A stretch of DNA of 47,032 bases from Nitrososphaerales archaeon (GCA_046759645.1 JBHICO010000004.1:1-47032); one strand, 5' to 3'; numbered from the stretch's first letter, positions 19,326 to 29,778 are shown. Made by a program: numbers and translations. The notes: generated from the sequence alone by a model not told the origin.

Positions 19326-20267
19326 ATGCATATGAATACTCTGGAGGCATTTGAGCAGGACATAACTTATCAAGTTACAGATCTAAAGAAATTATTGGAT
19401 TCATTAAATATCAAAAAAATAGATCTTGATCAACAGGAGAGATGTGTCTTCACTGGAACTGGAGATTCTTTCGCTGCTGCATTAATGGCAGAATTGATAT
19501 CTGGTAATAGGGTTCACTGCGTCGATCCCATGAGTATATGTGTAAATCCATTTACTGTGAAGGATAGATTTCTTTACACCATATCCATATCGGGTAATAC
19601 TAAAGCGAATATAGAAGCTGCAAGAATAGCCAATAAGTTTGCTCAAAAGACGATTGCAATAACCGCACATGCTGATAGCAGACTAGCAGATATCTGCGAT
19701 GAGATTATAGAATTAAGGTTTAGAGATTCTGGCATATTGACTGCAGGGAGTATAGGCTTCACTGCATCCATGTTATCATGCCTCTCCTTTTTTAGGGAAG
19801 TACGACTTGGTGATATTAAACAGCTATTCAAACAGGCTCAGCAAGACGCAGGTATTGTAACTGTAAGCGATCATATGTATTTGATAGGGAGTTGGATCAC
19901 GTATCCACTCGCTATGTATGGTTCAGCCAAGATGTATGAGATATTCGGAATAAAAGCACAATATGCTATGCTGGAACAGTTTTGTCACATGGAACTTTTC
20001 TCTGTAAAGAAAACTGACTCAATTTTGATACTGCCACCAGAGAATGAGTACAAAAAGTCAAGTGAATTATCTGCTACATTAACAAAAAATGATTACAGGG
20101 TGGTTACCTGTAAACCAAAAGGCAAGAAGCTGGAAGAAAAGTTGATCTATCATACCATGTTACTACAACTGATAGCGCTTCAAAATGCGAATAACCAAAA
20201 CCTCAAAGAATGCTATTTTGTAACGAATAATAAGTTGAGAGGTATTAGTAGCTCCTTGATTTACTGA
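19326..20267 (+). CDS. SIS-domain sugar isomerase-like protein
   Basis: FTGTGDS, SISGNT, KMYE, EQFCH; GlmS/FrlB-like double SIS domain. Confidence 0.8.
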   Translation: MHMNTLEAFEQDITYQVTDLKKLLDSLNIKKIDLDQQERCVFTGTGDSFAAALMAELISGNRVHCVDPMSICVNPFTVKDRFLYTISISGNTKANIEAARIANKFAQKTIAITAHADSRLADICDEIIELRFRDSGILTAGSIGFTASMLSCLSFFREVRLGDIKQLFKQAQQDAGIVTVSDHMYLIGSWITYPLAMYGSAKMYEIFGIKAQYAMLEQFCHMELFSVKKTDSILILPPENEYKKSSELSATLTKNDYRVVTCKPKGKKLEEKLIYHTMLLQLIALQNANNQNLKECYFVTNNKLRGISSSLIY

Positions 20268-21100
20268 TCTACTCGTTTCCTTTTCATTCGAACGTACAAA
20301 ATGGCACTTACAATCAAGCCGCCAAGAACCAGAGCTATAATCGGCGATATAAGAGGACCAGTGTCTATCTCCATAGGAGCTACCTGCGTACTTACTGGAG
20401 ATGTTAATACTTTCCACCTCATTGTAAGATCTTCTGTTGGCGGAGAATCGAATTCCCAAACAGCTGCTTTCAGCGTAGTGCTAGTGGGTGAAATGGAATG
20501 ACCAGTAATCAGGCTATTATCGTGTTCCGAAGATATAACTATCTTTCCTACTGGGATCGACCATTTTGCAGCATTCGTAAGCATGAATGTAAAATCTTCT
20601 TCTATACTACCTACACCACTGTTCTCTACGTCTACGTCAAGAACATTCTCACTGTTGGCTTGCAAAACCATATTTAAGGTGAACAACCGCAGGCCTGTGC
20701 CCTTTTGGCGTGGGTTATCATATTCAACATCACTATAGTTCATGCTTATCCCATTTACCTTGAACTGCAGTGACTCTTCGTTCAATGATGTCGGTAGTGG
20801 TATTTTTAGAAACAGATCAACCTTTTCACTTGTTTCATTTTATAACACATATCGTGACTGTATGCTCATCAATATACTATGATGAGGCTCAAATCCTTCT
20901 ACTTCTCTAGACCATTGCGATTCGGTACTTATGCTAACATTAGCTTCCTTTAATGATACTCGTGCTTCTGTAACCGGATATGGAAGGCCAGCACTATCAC
21001 CAAACTGTATAAACGAGGTACCATATGCATGGCCTACAAATGATAATACAACGCTAAAAATCAATATTCTTTTGATCGATCTTGCAAATAGTAACAGCAT
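20261..21100 (-). pseudogene. secreted, C-terminally anchored protein interrupted by one in-frame TAA
   Basis: ORFs 20840-21100 and 20261-20785 share a frame and are joined by an open stretch: ...SRYVL*NETSEKVDLFLKIPLPTSLNEES... The first part carries a signal peptide, the second a TM segment and basic tail. Confidence 0.75.
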
Positions 21101-21159
21101 CGATATTTTACATCAGAAGGATTAAATAAAGATGCTCGATAGAGTTCTGCCTGATAGAT

Positions 21160-23380
21160 ATGCCGCGTTACAAGTCAACACAGGAAGCATTAAAGATCAT
21201 AGGCAATAAGGACCAAATTCGAATGGTGTAAAGGTAGCTCCTTTAGCCCGAATAATTTTGGTGTTATAGCTCATGTAGATCATGGAAAGACTACAATGAG
21301 TGATAGCTTGCTTGCAGCTACAGGGATGATCAGTCCCTCTGTAGCGGGTGAAGCATTAGCATTAGATTACATGGATTTGGAACAGCAAAGACAGATGACA
21401 ATCAAGGCGGCTAACGTTACCTTGTACTATGAAGAGAATGGTAAACCTTATGTTATGAATATGATTGACACTCCAGGACACATAGATTTCACTGGAAGAG
21501 TGACAAGAAGTTTGAGGGCCATTGATGGTGCAGTAGTTGTTTGTGACTCTGTAGAAGGCGTCATGACCCAGACGGAAACTGTTACTAGGCAGGCACTTGA
21601 AGAGCGGGTAAGACCAGTTCTTTACGTCAACAAGATAGATCGTTTGGTTAAGGAATTAAGATTGACACCTGAAAAGATGCAAGAGTGGCTGGCTGGTATA
21701 ATTGGTGATTTTAACAGGCTGATTGATATTTACGCTGAACCTGAACTGAAGGACAAGTGGAAGGTAAACATTCAGAATGATACTGTATCATTTGGTTCAG
21801 CAAAGGATAGATGGGGTTTCAATGCTGGCATTGCAGCAAAGAAAGGTATCAACTTTAGTGATGTTTACGAGACATATACATCTGGAGATCCTAAAACATT
21901 AGCAGAGAAAGCTCCGCTACATGAAGCAATTTTGGGAATGGTTGTTAAACACCATCCGCCCCCACATGTTGCTCAGCAGTACAGAATTCCTAGAATATGG
22001 AAAGGAGATCTAAATTCGGAAATTGGGAAAGCATTGGTCGAGTGTGACGAAAACGGTCCCATTATCATGATGGTTACAACCATCGTAGTTGATCCGCAGG
22101 CAGGGCCTGTGGCAGTAGGAAGATTGTTTTCTGGAAAAATAAGTGACGGCGATGAAGTTTATTTAATCGATTCTAAGAGGAAAGAAAGGATCCAATCTGT
22201 TAACATGTTTATGGGTCCGTATAGGGAGCTAGTCAGTTCACTTGGTGCCGGTAACATACCTGCATTGTTAGGGCTAGAACATGCAAGAGCTGGGGAAACA
22301 ATAGCCACCGTACAAGGTGTTGTTGCATTCGAATCGATCAAGTATGTGTCTGAACCCGTTGTTACGGTCGCAGTAGAACCAAAACACCCAAAGGATTTAC
22401 CAAAACTGGTTGAAACATTGAGGAGGATCAGCATAGAAGATCCTAACCTCGTAGTAAAGATCAACGAAGAAAGTGGTGAGACTCTTATGGCTGGTATGGG
22501 AGTCTTACACTTGGAGATCGCAACCACATTGCTCCAACAAGCGGGACTAGAGATAGTTACATCACAGCCATTGATCAATTATAGAGAGACTGTAAGAGCA
22601 ACTGCAGGTCCAGTCATGGCCAAGTCACCAAACAGGCATAACAAGGTATTCATAAAAGCAGAACCACTGGCTGAAGACGTTATAGAGTTGATAAGGACCG
22701 GCAAGATAAATGAAAACATGGACCGGAAAGATATAGGAAAGGTTCTGCGTGAGAAGGGTTGGGACGCAGATGAAGCGAGAAACGTAGTGGCAATAGAAAG
22801 TGGAAACCTCTTTGTTGACGCAACAAAGGGTGTTCAGTATTTGCATGAATCGATGGACTCCATAAAATCTGGTTTTACAGATGTTATGATAAGTGGTCCG
22901 ATGGCGCAGGAGCATTGCAGAGGCATAAAGGTTGTTTTAGATCACTTCGTTCCGCATGAAGACCCTGCGCACAGAACTCTTGCACAATTGATGCCGGCCA
23001 GTAGAAGATCCATCATGGGCTCTATACTTACAGCTAATCCTGTCTTACTGGAGCCCGTACTTGGTATCGAAGTAAAATGCCCGGCAGATATGATTGGAAC
23101 CGTTGCTGGTATATTGTCTGGAAAGCGTGGAAAGTTACTGAACGTGGATCAGAAAGGTGTCGTCGCAATTGTGCAAGGCGAAATACCAGCATCCGAAACT
23201 TTTGACTTGTCAGAAGCTATGCGAGGAGGCACAGCGGGCAAGGCATTGTGGAACACTCACTTCAAGTTGTGGCAAGCTCTACCATCATCGCTTCTTTTGC
23301 AAATAATCACAGAAATAAGGAAGAGGAAGGGTTTGAATCCCGAGCCACCAAGACCAGATGAATTTATAGACAAAGACTAG
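21160..23380 (+). CDS. fusA: translation elongation factor 2 (aEF-2), spliced: join(21160..21223,21255..23380), 729 aa
   Basis: Exon 1 encodes MPRYKSTQEALKIIGNKDQIR; exon 2 continues NFGVIAHVDHGKTT, DTPGHIDF, NKID and the diphthamide loop HEDPAHR. The ORF-track version (from 21296) lacks the P-loop. Confidence 0.95.
21224..21254 (+). other. 31-nt bulge-helix-bulge (tRNA-type) intron in EF-2 mRNA
   Basis: Central helix UUCG(21218-21)/CGAA(21249-52), 3-nt bulges AAU and UAA, inner stem GGU/GCC plus UAAAGG/CCUUUA, exon-exon stem ACCAAA/UUUUGGU. Canonical cuts restore the frame. Confidence 0.88.
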
Positions 23381-23474
23381 ATCCAAAATTTCTAAAGAAT
23401 TTATTCTAAAAATATATCTGAAATTATGTAAGTAGAAAACCGTTATATGTGATGAAATATCTAGTGCAACTGCA

Positions 23475-24665
23475 ATGAAATTAGAGATACCAAGATTTAC
23501 TGAAAGGTTTGGCGCTGTAAGTTTGCATTCTGTTCAGAAAGTATACGAACTTGATTCTGGAGCTAAGCAAGAAGTATACCAGCCACCCCAAACGATCAGG
23601 AAAGTAGAGACAGATGAAGTAGAAAATATGGAGAGCAAACTTGCAATTGTGATCCCCATAAAGAACGAAAAATTAAAGATCTTTGAAGGTGTACTGAGTG
23701 GCATACCACACGACTGTTTTAACATAATAGTATCTAACAGCGATCGACATTCTGTTGACAGATTCAAGATGGAAAGGAGTGCTGTTGAGCAATACAACAG
23801 GTTTGTTGGTCGCGATTCTATAATTATTCATCAGAAAGACCCTGGATTAGGGGAGATAATGAAGGAATTGGAATACAATGACATGCTGGAGAACGGCACA
23901 GTTAGAAATGGCAAGGCCGAATCGATGATCATCGGTATGTTGTTGGCTAAAATGGTGGGCAAGGAATATGTTGGATTTATTGATGCAGATAATTATGTTC
24001 CAGGAGCAGTTAACGAATACGTAAAAATTTTTGCATCATGTTTCGTAATGGCAAACACGCCCTATACAATGTCAAGAATTTCTTGGGTATACAAGCCAAA
24101 AGTATCAGAAGGTGGAGGTCTTTATTTTCCCAAGTGGGGGCGAATATCCGAATACACCAATAATTACCTAAATTCTGTAGTATCGCATCACACAGGGTTT
24201 GAAACTGATATTTGTAGGACAGGCAATTCTGGGGAGCACGCAATGAGCATGAAGCTCGCAGAACTTCTTACATACACATCGGGATTTGCTATTGAACCAT
24301 ATGAGATAATGAACATATTAGAGGAGTTTGGAGGAACGACTTCAAGTAACCAAACTGAAGCTCTTGATAAAGGTGTTGAGATTTTCCAAGTGGAGACTAG
24401 AAATCCACATTTTCATGAGGAAAAGGGTGAAGAGCATCTGCGGGAAATGCTTCTCTGCTCCTTGGCTTCAATTTATAACAGTGGGATCTGTCCTCTCCCA
24501 TTGAAAGATAGAATCCTGATGGATCTGAGAACTAATACTCATTTGGGCCCCGGTGAAGAGCCACCGGAACTGCACAAGATACATTCCTTCAAATTTGTTG
24601 ATATCCATGCCTTTGAAAAATTGCTAAGAGAAAAGTCTTCAACAATGGCACAATTTCACCCATAA
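23475..24665 (+). CDS. mpgS: mannosyl-3-phosphoglycerate synthase (GT55)
   Basis: TERFGAV, VLSGIPH, VRNGKAE, GFIDADNY.PGAV.EY, WGRISE, ETRNPHFHE. Confidence 0.93.
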   Translation: MKLEIPRFTERFGAVSLHSVQKVYELDSGAKQEVYQPPQTIRKVETDEVENMESKLAIVIPIKNEKLKIFEGVLSGIPHDCFNIIVSNSDRHSVDRFKMERSAVEQYNRFVGRDSIIIHQKDPGLGEIMKELEYNDMLENGTVRNGKAESMIIGMLLAKMVGKEYVGFIDADNYVPGAVNEYVKIFASCFVMANTPYTMSRISWVYKPKVSEGGGLYFPKWGRISEYTNNYLNSVVSHHTGFETDICRTGNSGEHAMSMKLAELLTYTSGFAIEPYEIMNILEEFGGTTSSNQTEALDKGVEIFQVETRNPHFHEEKGEEHLREMLLCSLASIYNSGICPLPLKDRILMDLRTNTHLGPGEEPPELHKIHSFKFVDIHAFEKLLREKSSTMAQFHP

Positions 24666-24673
24666 TAGTAGCC

Positions 24674-25315
24674 TTGAACAAAAAACTTGTAGCATTTGAT
24701 ATGGACGGTACCCTGATCAATGGGAGATTGGTTTTTGCCCTTGGCGATAAGTTTGCCATGTCAGACAGGATTAGGAAAATAATGGGCAAGAATACGGATG
24801 GTCATCAAAAGTCAGCAGAGATAGCAAAACTATGGAAGGGCATAAAAGCTGATGAAGTTACCGAAGCAGTAAGACGTATACCTATTATGACAGGGGCCTC
24901 TGAAATAATTGGCGAATTCAAAAAACGTGGATATGTAATAGGCATAATAAGCGACAGCTACACATTGGCTACTGATCATATAATTAAACATTTCAAAATG
25001 GACTTTAACATCGCTAACGTATTGGAAGTGAAAGATGGTTTGCTGACAGGTAAAGTAAAGATGCCAATGGGATGGGAACAGATCAGTTGCTGGTGTAAGA
25101 ACTCTGTATGCAAGAGGTTTCACCTCGAAAGATCTGTACGATCTTTGAATATTCCGCTAAAAAATACTATTGCTATAGGCGATACTAGGAATGATCTATG
25201 TATGATTGAGAGAGCTGGCACAGGAATTGCATTCAACCCAAAGGATAACAAGATAATGGGCAATAAAATAATTGTAAAAGGACAAGATCTACGGAAAATA
25301 ATGCAATTTCTTTAA
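24674..25315 (+). CDS. HAD-IB phosphatase (SerB-like)
   Basis: FDMDGTL, IISDS, IGDTRND, GIAFNP. Confidence 0.85.
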   Translation: MNKKLVAFDMDGTLINGRLVFALGDKFAMSDRIRKIMGKNTDGHQKSAEIAKLWKGIKADEVTEAVRRIPIMTGASEIIGEFKKRGYVIGIISDSYTLATDHIIKHFKMDFNIANVLEVKDGLLTGKVKMPMGWEQISCWCKNSVCKRFHLERSVRSLNIPLKNTIAIGDTRNDLCMIERAGTGIAFNPKDNKIMGNKIIVKGQDLRKIMQFL

Positions 25316-25330
25316 TTTTTTCTTTTTGAA
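25316..25330 (+). terminator. T-rich archaeal terminator candidate
   Basis: TTTTTTCTTTTT directly after the HAD stop codon. Confidence 0.45.
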
Positions 25331-25458
25331 TTTTTGCCACATTAGTCATAAAAACTTATAACGGATAAATTTGTAGACTCCTACGAAGAGTAATTGGATG
25401 ATTTTGAACCGTTGCTGATGGGCTTCTCATCCATGAAATTTTGAGGTGAGAGTATGAA

Positions 25459-27123
25459 TTGTGTGGTATAGCAGGAGTGTTGAGTAAGCTAGGACATGAT
25501 ATCACGCCCCATGTAATGAATATGCTTTCCTGCATGGTCAACAGAGGACCTGATGGTGCAGGAGTAGCAGTTAAAAATTCTGTAGCATATTCCTACAAAC
25601 TGTCTGAGCTAGGACTGAACCAGTTCAATGGTGATATTGCACTTGGTCATACAAGGCTGGCAATAGTTGGAGGAACATGCGGTCTTCAGCCATTCAGGAG
25701 CTGCGATGGAAGGATATTACTCGAACACAATGGCGAAATATACAATTACAAAAAACTGAGGAAAGAACTTCAGGATTCACATCATTTTGGAACAAGAACT
25801 GATAGCGAGGTGATAGTCCACCTAATTGAGCAATACTATAATGGAGATCTGCTTAAAGCGGTAAAGAAGGCCCTACGGCGGTTGGATGGGGTGTATGCAA
25901 TAGCAATAAAGGATGACAAGAGCATTGTAATTGTTAGAGATAAACTAGGAATAAGGCAATTGTACTATGGAGAGAATGATGAACTCATAGCCTTTGCATC
26001 TGAAATGAAGGCATTATGGATGATCGGTCTTAAGAACGTTCATAGGGTAATGCCTGGCTTTGCTGTGCGCTTCTCTGATGGAAAGACGAAGATCGAGAAG
26101 CTTGCTGAAGCCCCCGTCCATCCAAGGGGAAGAAATGTGACGGACATGAGAACAGCAATCAAAATGTACAAGAAAGCCCTCTACAGAGCAGTTGAGAAGA
26201 GAATAGAGGATCTGAAGAAGGTAGGAATAATCTTCTCTGGTGGAATTGATAGTGTTCTCATAGCAAAGATAGCAAAGGATCTTGGCGTTCCCAATCTGTG
26301 CTGTTACACAGCTGGTCTGATAGGCTCCCACGACCTGAAGTATGCGCATGAAGTGGCGGAGAACTTGGGATTGGATCTAAAATCATGGGAACTTACAACG
26401 AGTGATATTGAATCAATGCTACCTAAAATAATTGAAGTTATTGAAGATACAAATGCTGGGCAGGTGGAAGTTGCGATACCAGTTTATGCTGCAGTCGCTC
26501 TTGCACATAAAGATAGACTGAAAGTCATGCTAGGAGGTCAGGGCGCTGATGAGCTATTCGGAGGATATCCATGGTACAGCAAGATCGTTGGTACGCAGGG
26601 ATACGATGAGTTTCATAAATGCCTGGTAAAGGATATTCTATACCTATACAAGGAATCATTTGAGCGTGAGGACAAGATCACAATGGCTCATAGCATAGAA
26701 TCAAGGATTCCCTTCTTAGATCCCCAAGTGATAAGGGTTGCGATGCGCATCGATCCAAGGCTCAAGATATTTGATGGTGATGACAATTTCGGAAAGCATG
26801 TGCATAGGGAACTTGCACTGGAGATAGGCATACCCAAGGCGATTGCCTTCAGACCCAAGGAAGCTGCTCAGCATGGGTCTGGAATACATGACATAATTGA
26901 CGTAATTGCAAGGAGCAAGGGTTTCACAAAAGAACTGGTTACAAAAGCTAATTACCATTCAGTATTATCTGGGAGGGAGAAGATAGGAAGTTCACAAAGA
27001 TACGGTTATCAATTTGGTGATGAAGATTTATGGATAGCTGAAGATCACGTACAAATGTATCTCGATCATTTGGCGCGTAAACACGGATTGATAGAACTTG
27101 AAAATGCTCACAGACTGATCTGA
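25459..27123 (+). CDS. asnB: asparagine synthetase, glutamine-hydrolysing
   Basis: N-terminal MCGIAG, RGPD, HNGEIYN, FSGGIDS, GQGADELFGGY, RIPFLD; GAGGTGA ribosome-binding site. Confidence 0.9.
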   Translation: MCGIAGVLSKLGHDITPHVMNMLSCMVNRGPDGAGVAVKNSVAYSYKLSELGLNQFNGDIALGHTRLAIVGGTCGLQPFRSCDGRILLEHNGEIYNYKKLRKELQDSHHFGTRTDSEVIVHLIEQYYNGDLLKAVKKALRRLDGVYAIAIKDDKSIVIVRDKLGIRQLYYGENDELIAFASEMKALWMIGLKNVHRVMPGFAVRFSDGKTKIEKLAEAPVHPRGRNVTDMRTAIKMYKKALYRAVEKRIEDLKKVGIIFSGGIDSVLIAKIAKDLGVPNLCCYTAGLIGSHDLKYAHEVAENLGLDLKSWELTTSDIESMLPKIIEVIEDTNAGQVEVAIPVYAAVALAHKDRLKVMLGGQGADELFGGYPWYSKIVGTQGYDEFHKCLVKDILYLYKESFEREDKITMAHSIESRIPFLDPQVIRVAMRIDPRLKIFDGDDNFGKHVHRELALEIGIPKAIAFRPKEAAQHGSGIHDIIDVIARSKGFTKELVTKANYHSVLSGREKIGSSQRYGYQFGDEDLWIAEDHVQMYLDHLARKHGLIELENAHRLI

Positions 27124-27222
27124 ATATTCATCTCAAAAAATTATCTCACTATTTTATGAAATCCATACAAATGCCATATAAATAGTGAAAGACTTAATTC
27201 CTCCTATTCAGATAAGGCACGT

Positions 27223-27660
27223 ATGGCCTTTGCTTCCGAGGACGGAAATGGCCACGACTACATACTAGCGAAGATAAGCTATGTTGGATTTGTAGACCCA
27301 TATGGTGTAGAAGGTGTAGTAGTACTGAAGACTGATGACGGAAAGGAGTTTCCCATGCGTGCTTTTTCAGGGGAGGTTGCAAGACATATAGCAAGATTTC
27401 AGCAGGGAGACAAGGGGAGCATACCGACAATATACAATCTAGTAGAAGAGATAGCGGAGATGAAGGAAATGCTGCTAGCGGAAGTAAGAGTATACCAGAG
27501 TGGTTCAGTATTACGTGCAAACCTTCACTTCAAGGGGAGAAATGATCAACTGGTTTTAAGAAATTATAGGGCCTCGGATTGCATCGCACTGGCAGCATAT
27601 TATGATATCCCTGTTTTGGTAAGGAAGACTCTTTTTGAGGAAGCCATTCAGGAAAAGTAA
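27223..27660 (+). CDS. bifunctional nuclease (DUF151) family protein
   Basis: VVVLK, PTIYNLV, RASDCIALA motifs. Confidence 0.75.
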   Translation: MAFASEDGNGHDYILAKISYVGFVDPYGVEGVVVLKTDDGKEFPMRAFSGEVARHIARFQQGDKGSIPTIYNLVEEIAEMKEMLLAEVRVYQSGSVLRANLHFKGRNDQLVLRNYRASDCIALAAYYDIPVLVRKTLFEEAIQEK

Positions 27661-28752
27661 CTAAGTTACTATATCTGCAAGCCTATCTTCCATATACCCT
27701 CTCTTTATCTCCATGGCTATCCTTCTTCCTATACCAAAAGTTTTCCCGTAATAGTATTTTACGTACGGACTTGTTGTGGCCATGATAGGATTACCAGGCA
27801 CCCTTAACGATACATCATACACTACAATATCCATGTCAATTGTTACTATACTCTGAAGTGAAAGTGGTCCAATTATGCCTGGCGGGTACTCTTTTCTTGT
27901 TGCTTTTACGAACCTGTCGCCTATCCCAAAGACCTTTTCTAGCATAGATTCTCTTATGCTGGCAGGTGTATGTCCAACCTCGATGTTCTGCAGTTGGACG
28001 TCCATGTCAAGCTGCTCCTTCGCTGGTATTGTTACAAAATCGTGAAGGTTGGTCTGTAGTCTCCTCTCAATACCCAAAAACTCCATCTCTTCCTCCAGCA
28101 CAGAGTAGAAGAAGTTGAAGTTGAAATAAGTTCCAATAACAAGTTCTTCAATAATACTTCTTGAAAGATCCCGCTTTACTATTATGCCCTTTTTTATTCT
28201 CTGCTCTACCTTTTTCTTATAATCATTATACGATGAAGCTATGAAGAACGCACGCTCCATTTTTCTCTTTGATTCCTGAACTTTGACTATAACAGGTCTG
28301 TCGATCTGTTCAGGTGTTTTAAAGATCTTAGGATGTCTTACCCTAGCCTTTTCCAGCAAGAAATACTGATTTCTTCTGATCGTTCTCTCCTCTGCACGCA
28401 ATAGGGATCTGTTTCCAAAGATAGGTATCATTAAATTATTTTCAATTCCCCGGTATCCTAGGTAAGCAGTTAATGCTCGATGAGGAACTAGAATTGTTTT
28501 TAGATCACTCAATTTATTCTGTATACCCGTACGCAGCATATCAGAAAATTTGTTTAAAACTATCATATTATCTGCCAGTCTGTCAAACCTTTTGTATGGA
28601 GTCTCCCTTCCTCTTTGACATATAACGACAGTCTTCATATCTTCATCCTTAGCACCATCCATAACCTCCAGTGCGGAATGACTACCCAATACTCCTATGG
28701 TAACATCATCATAACCCTTCACAAGATCTGCAATTTTCTTTCTTGATATCAT
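27661..28752 (-). CDS. purP: PurP-family FAICAR synthetase-like ATP-grasp protein
   Basis: IGVLGSHSAL, DGAKDE, FGNR.LLRAEER, EVGHTPASIRES, IIGP, GRRIAMEIK. Confidence 0.88.
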   Translation of the reverse strand: MISRKKIADLVKGYDDVTIGVLGSHSALEVMDGAKDEDMKTVVICQRGRETPYKRFDRLADNMIVLNKFSDMLRTGIQNKLSDLKTILVPHRALTAYLGYRGIENNLMIPIFGNRSLLRAEERTIRRNQYFLLEKARVRHPKIFKTPEQIDRPVIVKVQESKRKMERAFFIASSYNDYKKKVEQRIKKGIIVKRDLSRSIIEELVIGTYFNFNFFYSVLEEEMEFLGIERRLQTNLHDFVTIPAKEQLDMDVQLQNIEVGHTPASIRESMLEKVFGIGDRFVKATRKEYPPGIIGPLSLQSIVTIDMDIVVYDVSLRVPGNPIMATTSPYVKYYYGKTFGIGRRIAMEIKRGYMEDRLADIVT

Positions 28753-28910
28753 AACACCGTCAATCCGTGAGCTGCTAGTAAAAAGGATTTGTACGCGTAT
28801 CTACTGCATCTATCTATTACCACAAATAGGCATGATTTTTCCTAGTTTATAGACTTCTCTTTCATTCTGGTGACTAACTGGCAGAGCATTAGACACATCT
28901 TCTCACATAT

Positions 28911-29354
28911 CTAGTTGGTTATTGGAACAGATTTTGACGGAAAGAGAGTCTGGACTTCCCGATCTGTAAGACCATCAAACTCGAGCCATATTTCTCCGCC
29001 TGCATGGAACTCTGTAACAAGTTTTTTCGCAAGGTCAGATAGGGAAATGTTATCATTCCCTATATTTGCACCAGCAAAGAACGTTCTGTAACCTCGCTTC
29101 ACTATCTTACCACCAATCGTGTTCAGCAAAAACGCTTCCAACTCATTGGCAATTTGACTGCATTCCACCATATACAATGCAACGCCGTTGATAGGCTCCT
29201 TATCATAAGGTATGCCTACTTTGAACCAATAAATGCTGAAATAGGATTCCTCAGAAAAACCACACTTAATTTCCCAATGTATCAATTTCTCCGCTGGATA
29301 TGGAGTCTCACTAACTTCCTGTGGTGTGAGGTGCCAGTAAAGTATCTTAGCCAT
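28911..29354 (-). CDS. hypothetical protein
   Basis: 147-aa ORF filling the gap, with a TATA-like TTAATATA upstream; no recognised motif. Confidence 0.7.
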   Translation of the reverse strand: MAKILYWHLTPQEVSETPYPAEKLIHWEIKCGFSEESYFSIYWFKVGIPYDKEPINGVALYMVECSQIANELEAFLLNTIGGKIVKRGYRTFFAGANIGNDNISLSDLAKKLVTEFHAGGEIWLEFDGLTDREVQTLFPSKSVPITN

Positions 29355-29529
29355 ATTCCATTCATTACTGCAAATCCTTTTAATATATTAATCATGCAGT
29401 CGCCAATTGACAATTACAGTATGTGTTAATAGTCGTAAGAGCAATAGATCAATAAGCTATATACTTGGTTATGAAATGGTATGGAGACTTCTCATTTAGC
29501 AAAAGTATATTGTCAATTACTAGTGCTCT

Positions 29530-29778
29530 TTACTTCTTTAATGTTTGAAGTTTTTTAGCGTATACGCTGTTTATGTTCGCCTGTAGATCAAAGCCGTATT
29601 TCTGGGCCATGAACTGAAGAAGTGCCACCGATTCTGTTATCTCCATCTTCGCCAATTCAAGATTACTTCTTTCTATTGCCAATGCTACCTCTCCCACTTC
29701 TCTTACTAGATGTACAAATGCCTTGGTTACATCATCCCCAAACTTCTTTTCATAATATTCTATTGCAACATTGCTCAT
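29530..29778 (-). CDS. MazG-like nucleotide pyrophosphohydrolase domain protein
   Basis: HLVREVGEVA...EITE acidic helical pattern; TTTATA upstream. Confidence 0.65.
   Translation of the reverse strand: MSNVAIEYYEKKFGDDVTKAFVHLVREVGEVALAIERSNLELAKMEITESVALLQFMAQKYGFDLQANINSVYAKKLQTLKK

Noticed and set aside
21160-23380. fusA as a pseudogene, sequencing frameshift or truncated 694-aa protein
   Set aside because: The insert is a discrete 31-nt hairpin whose BHB cut sites restore conserved residues exactly. The rest of the gene is intact, and EF-2 needs its P-loop.
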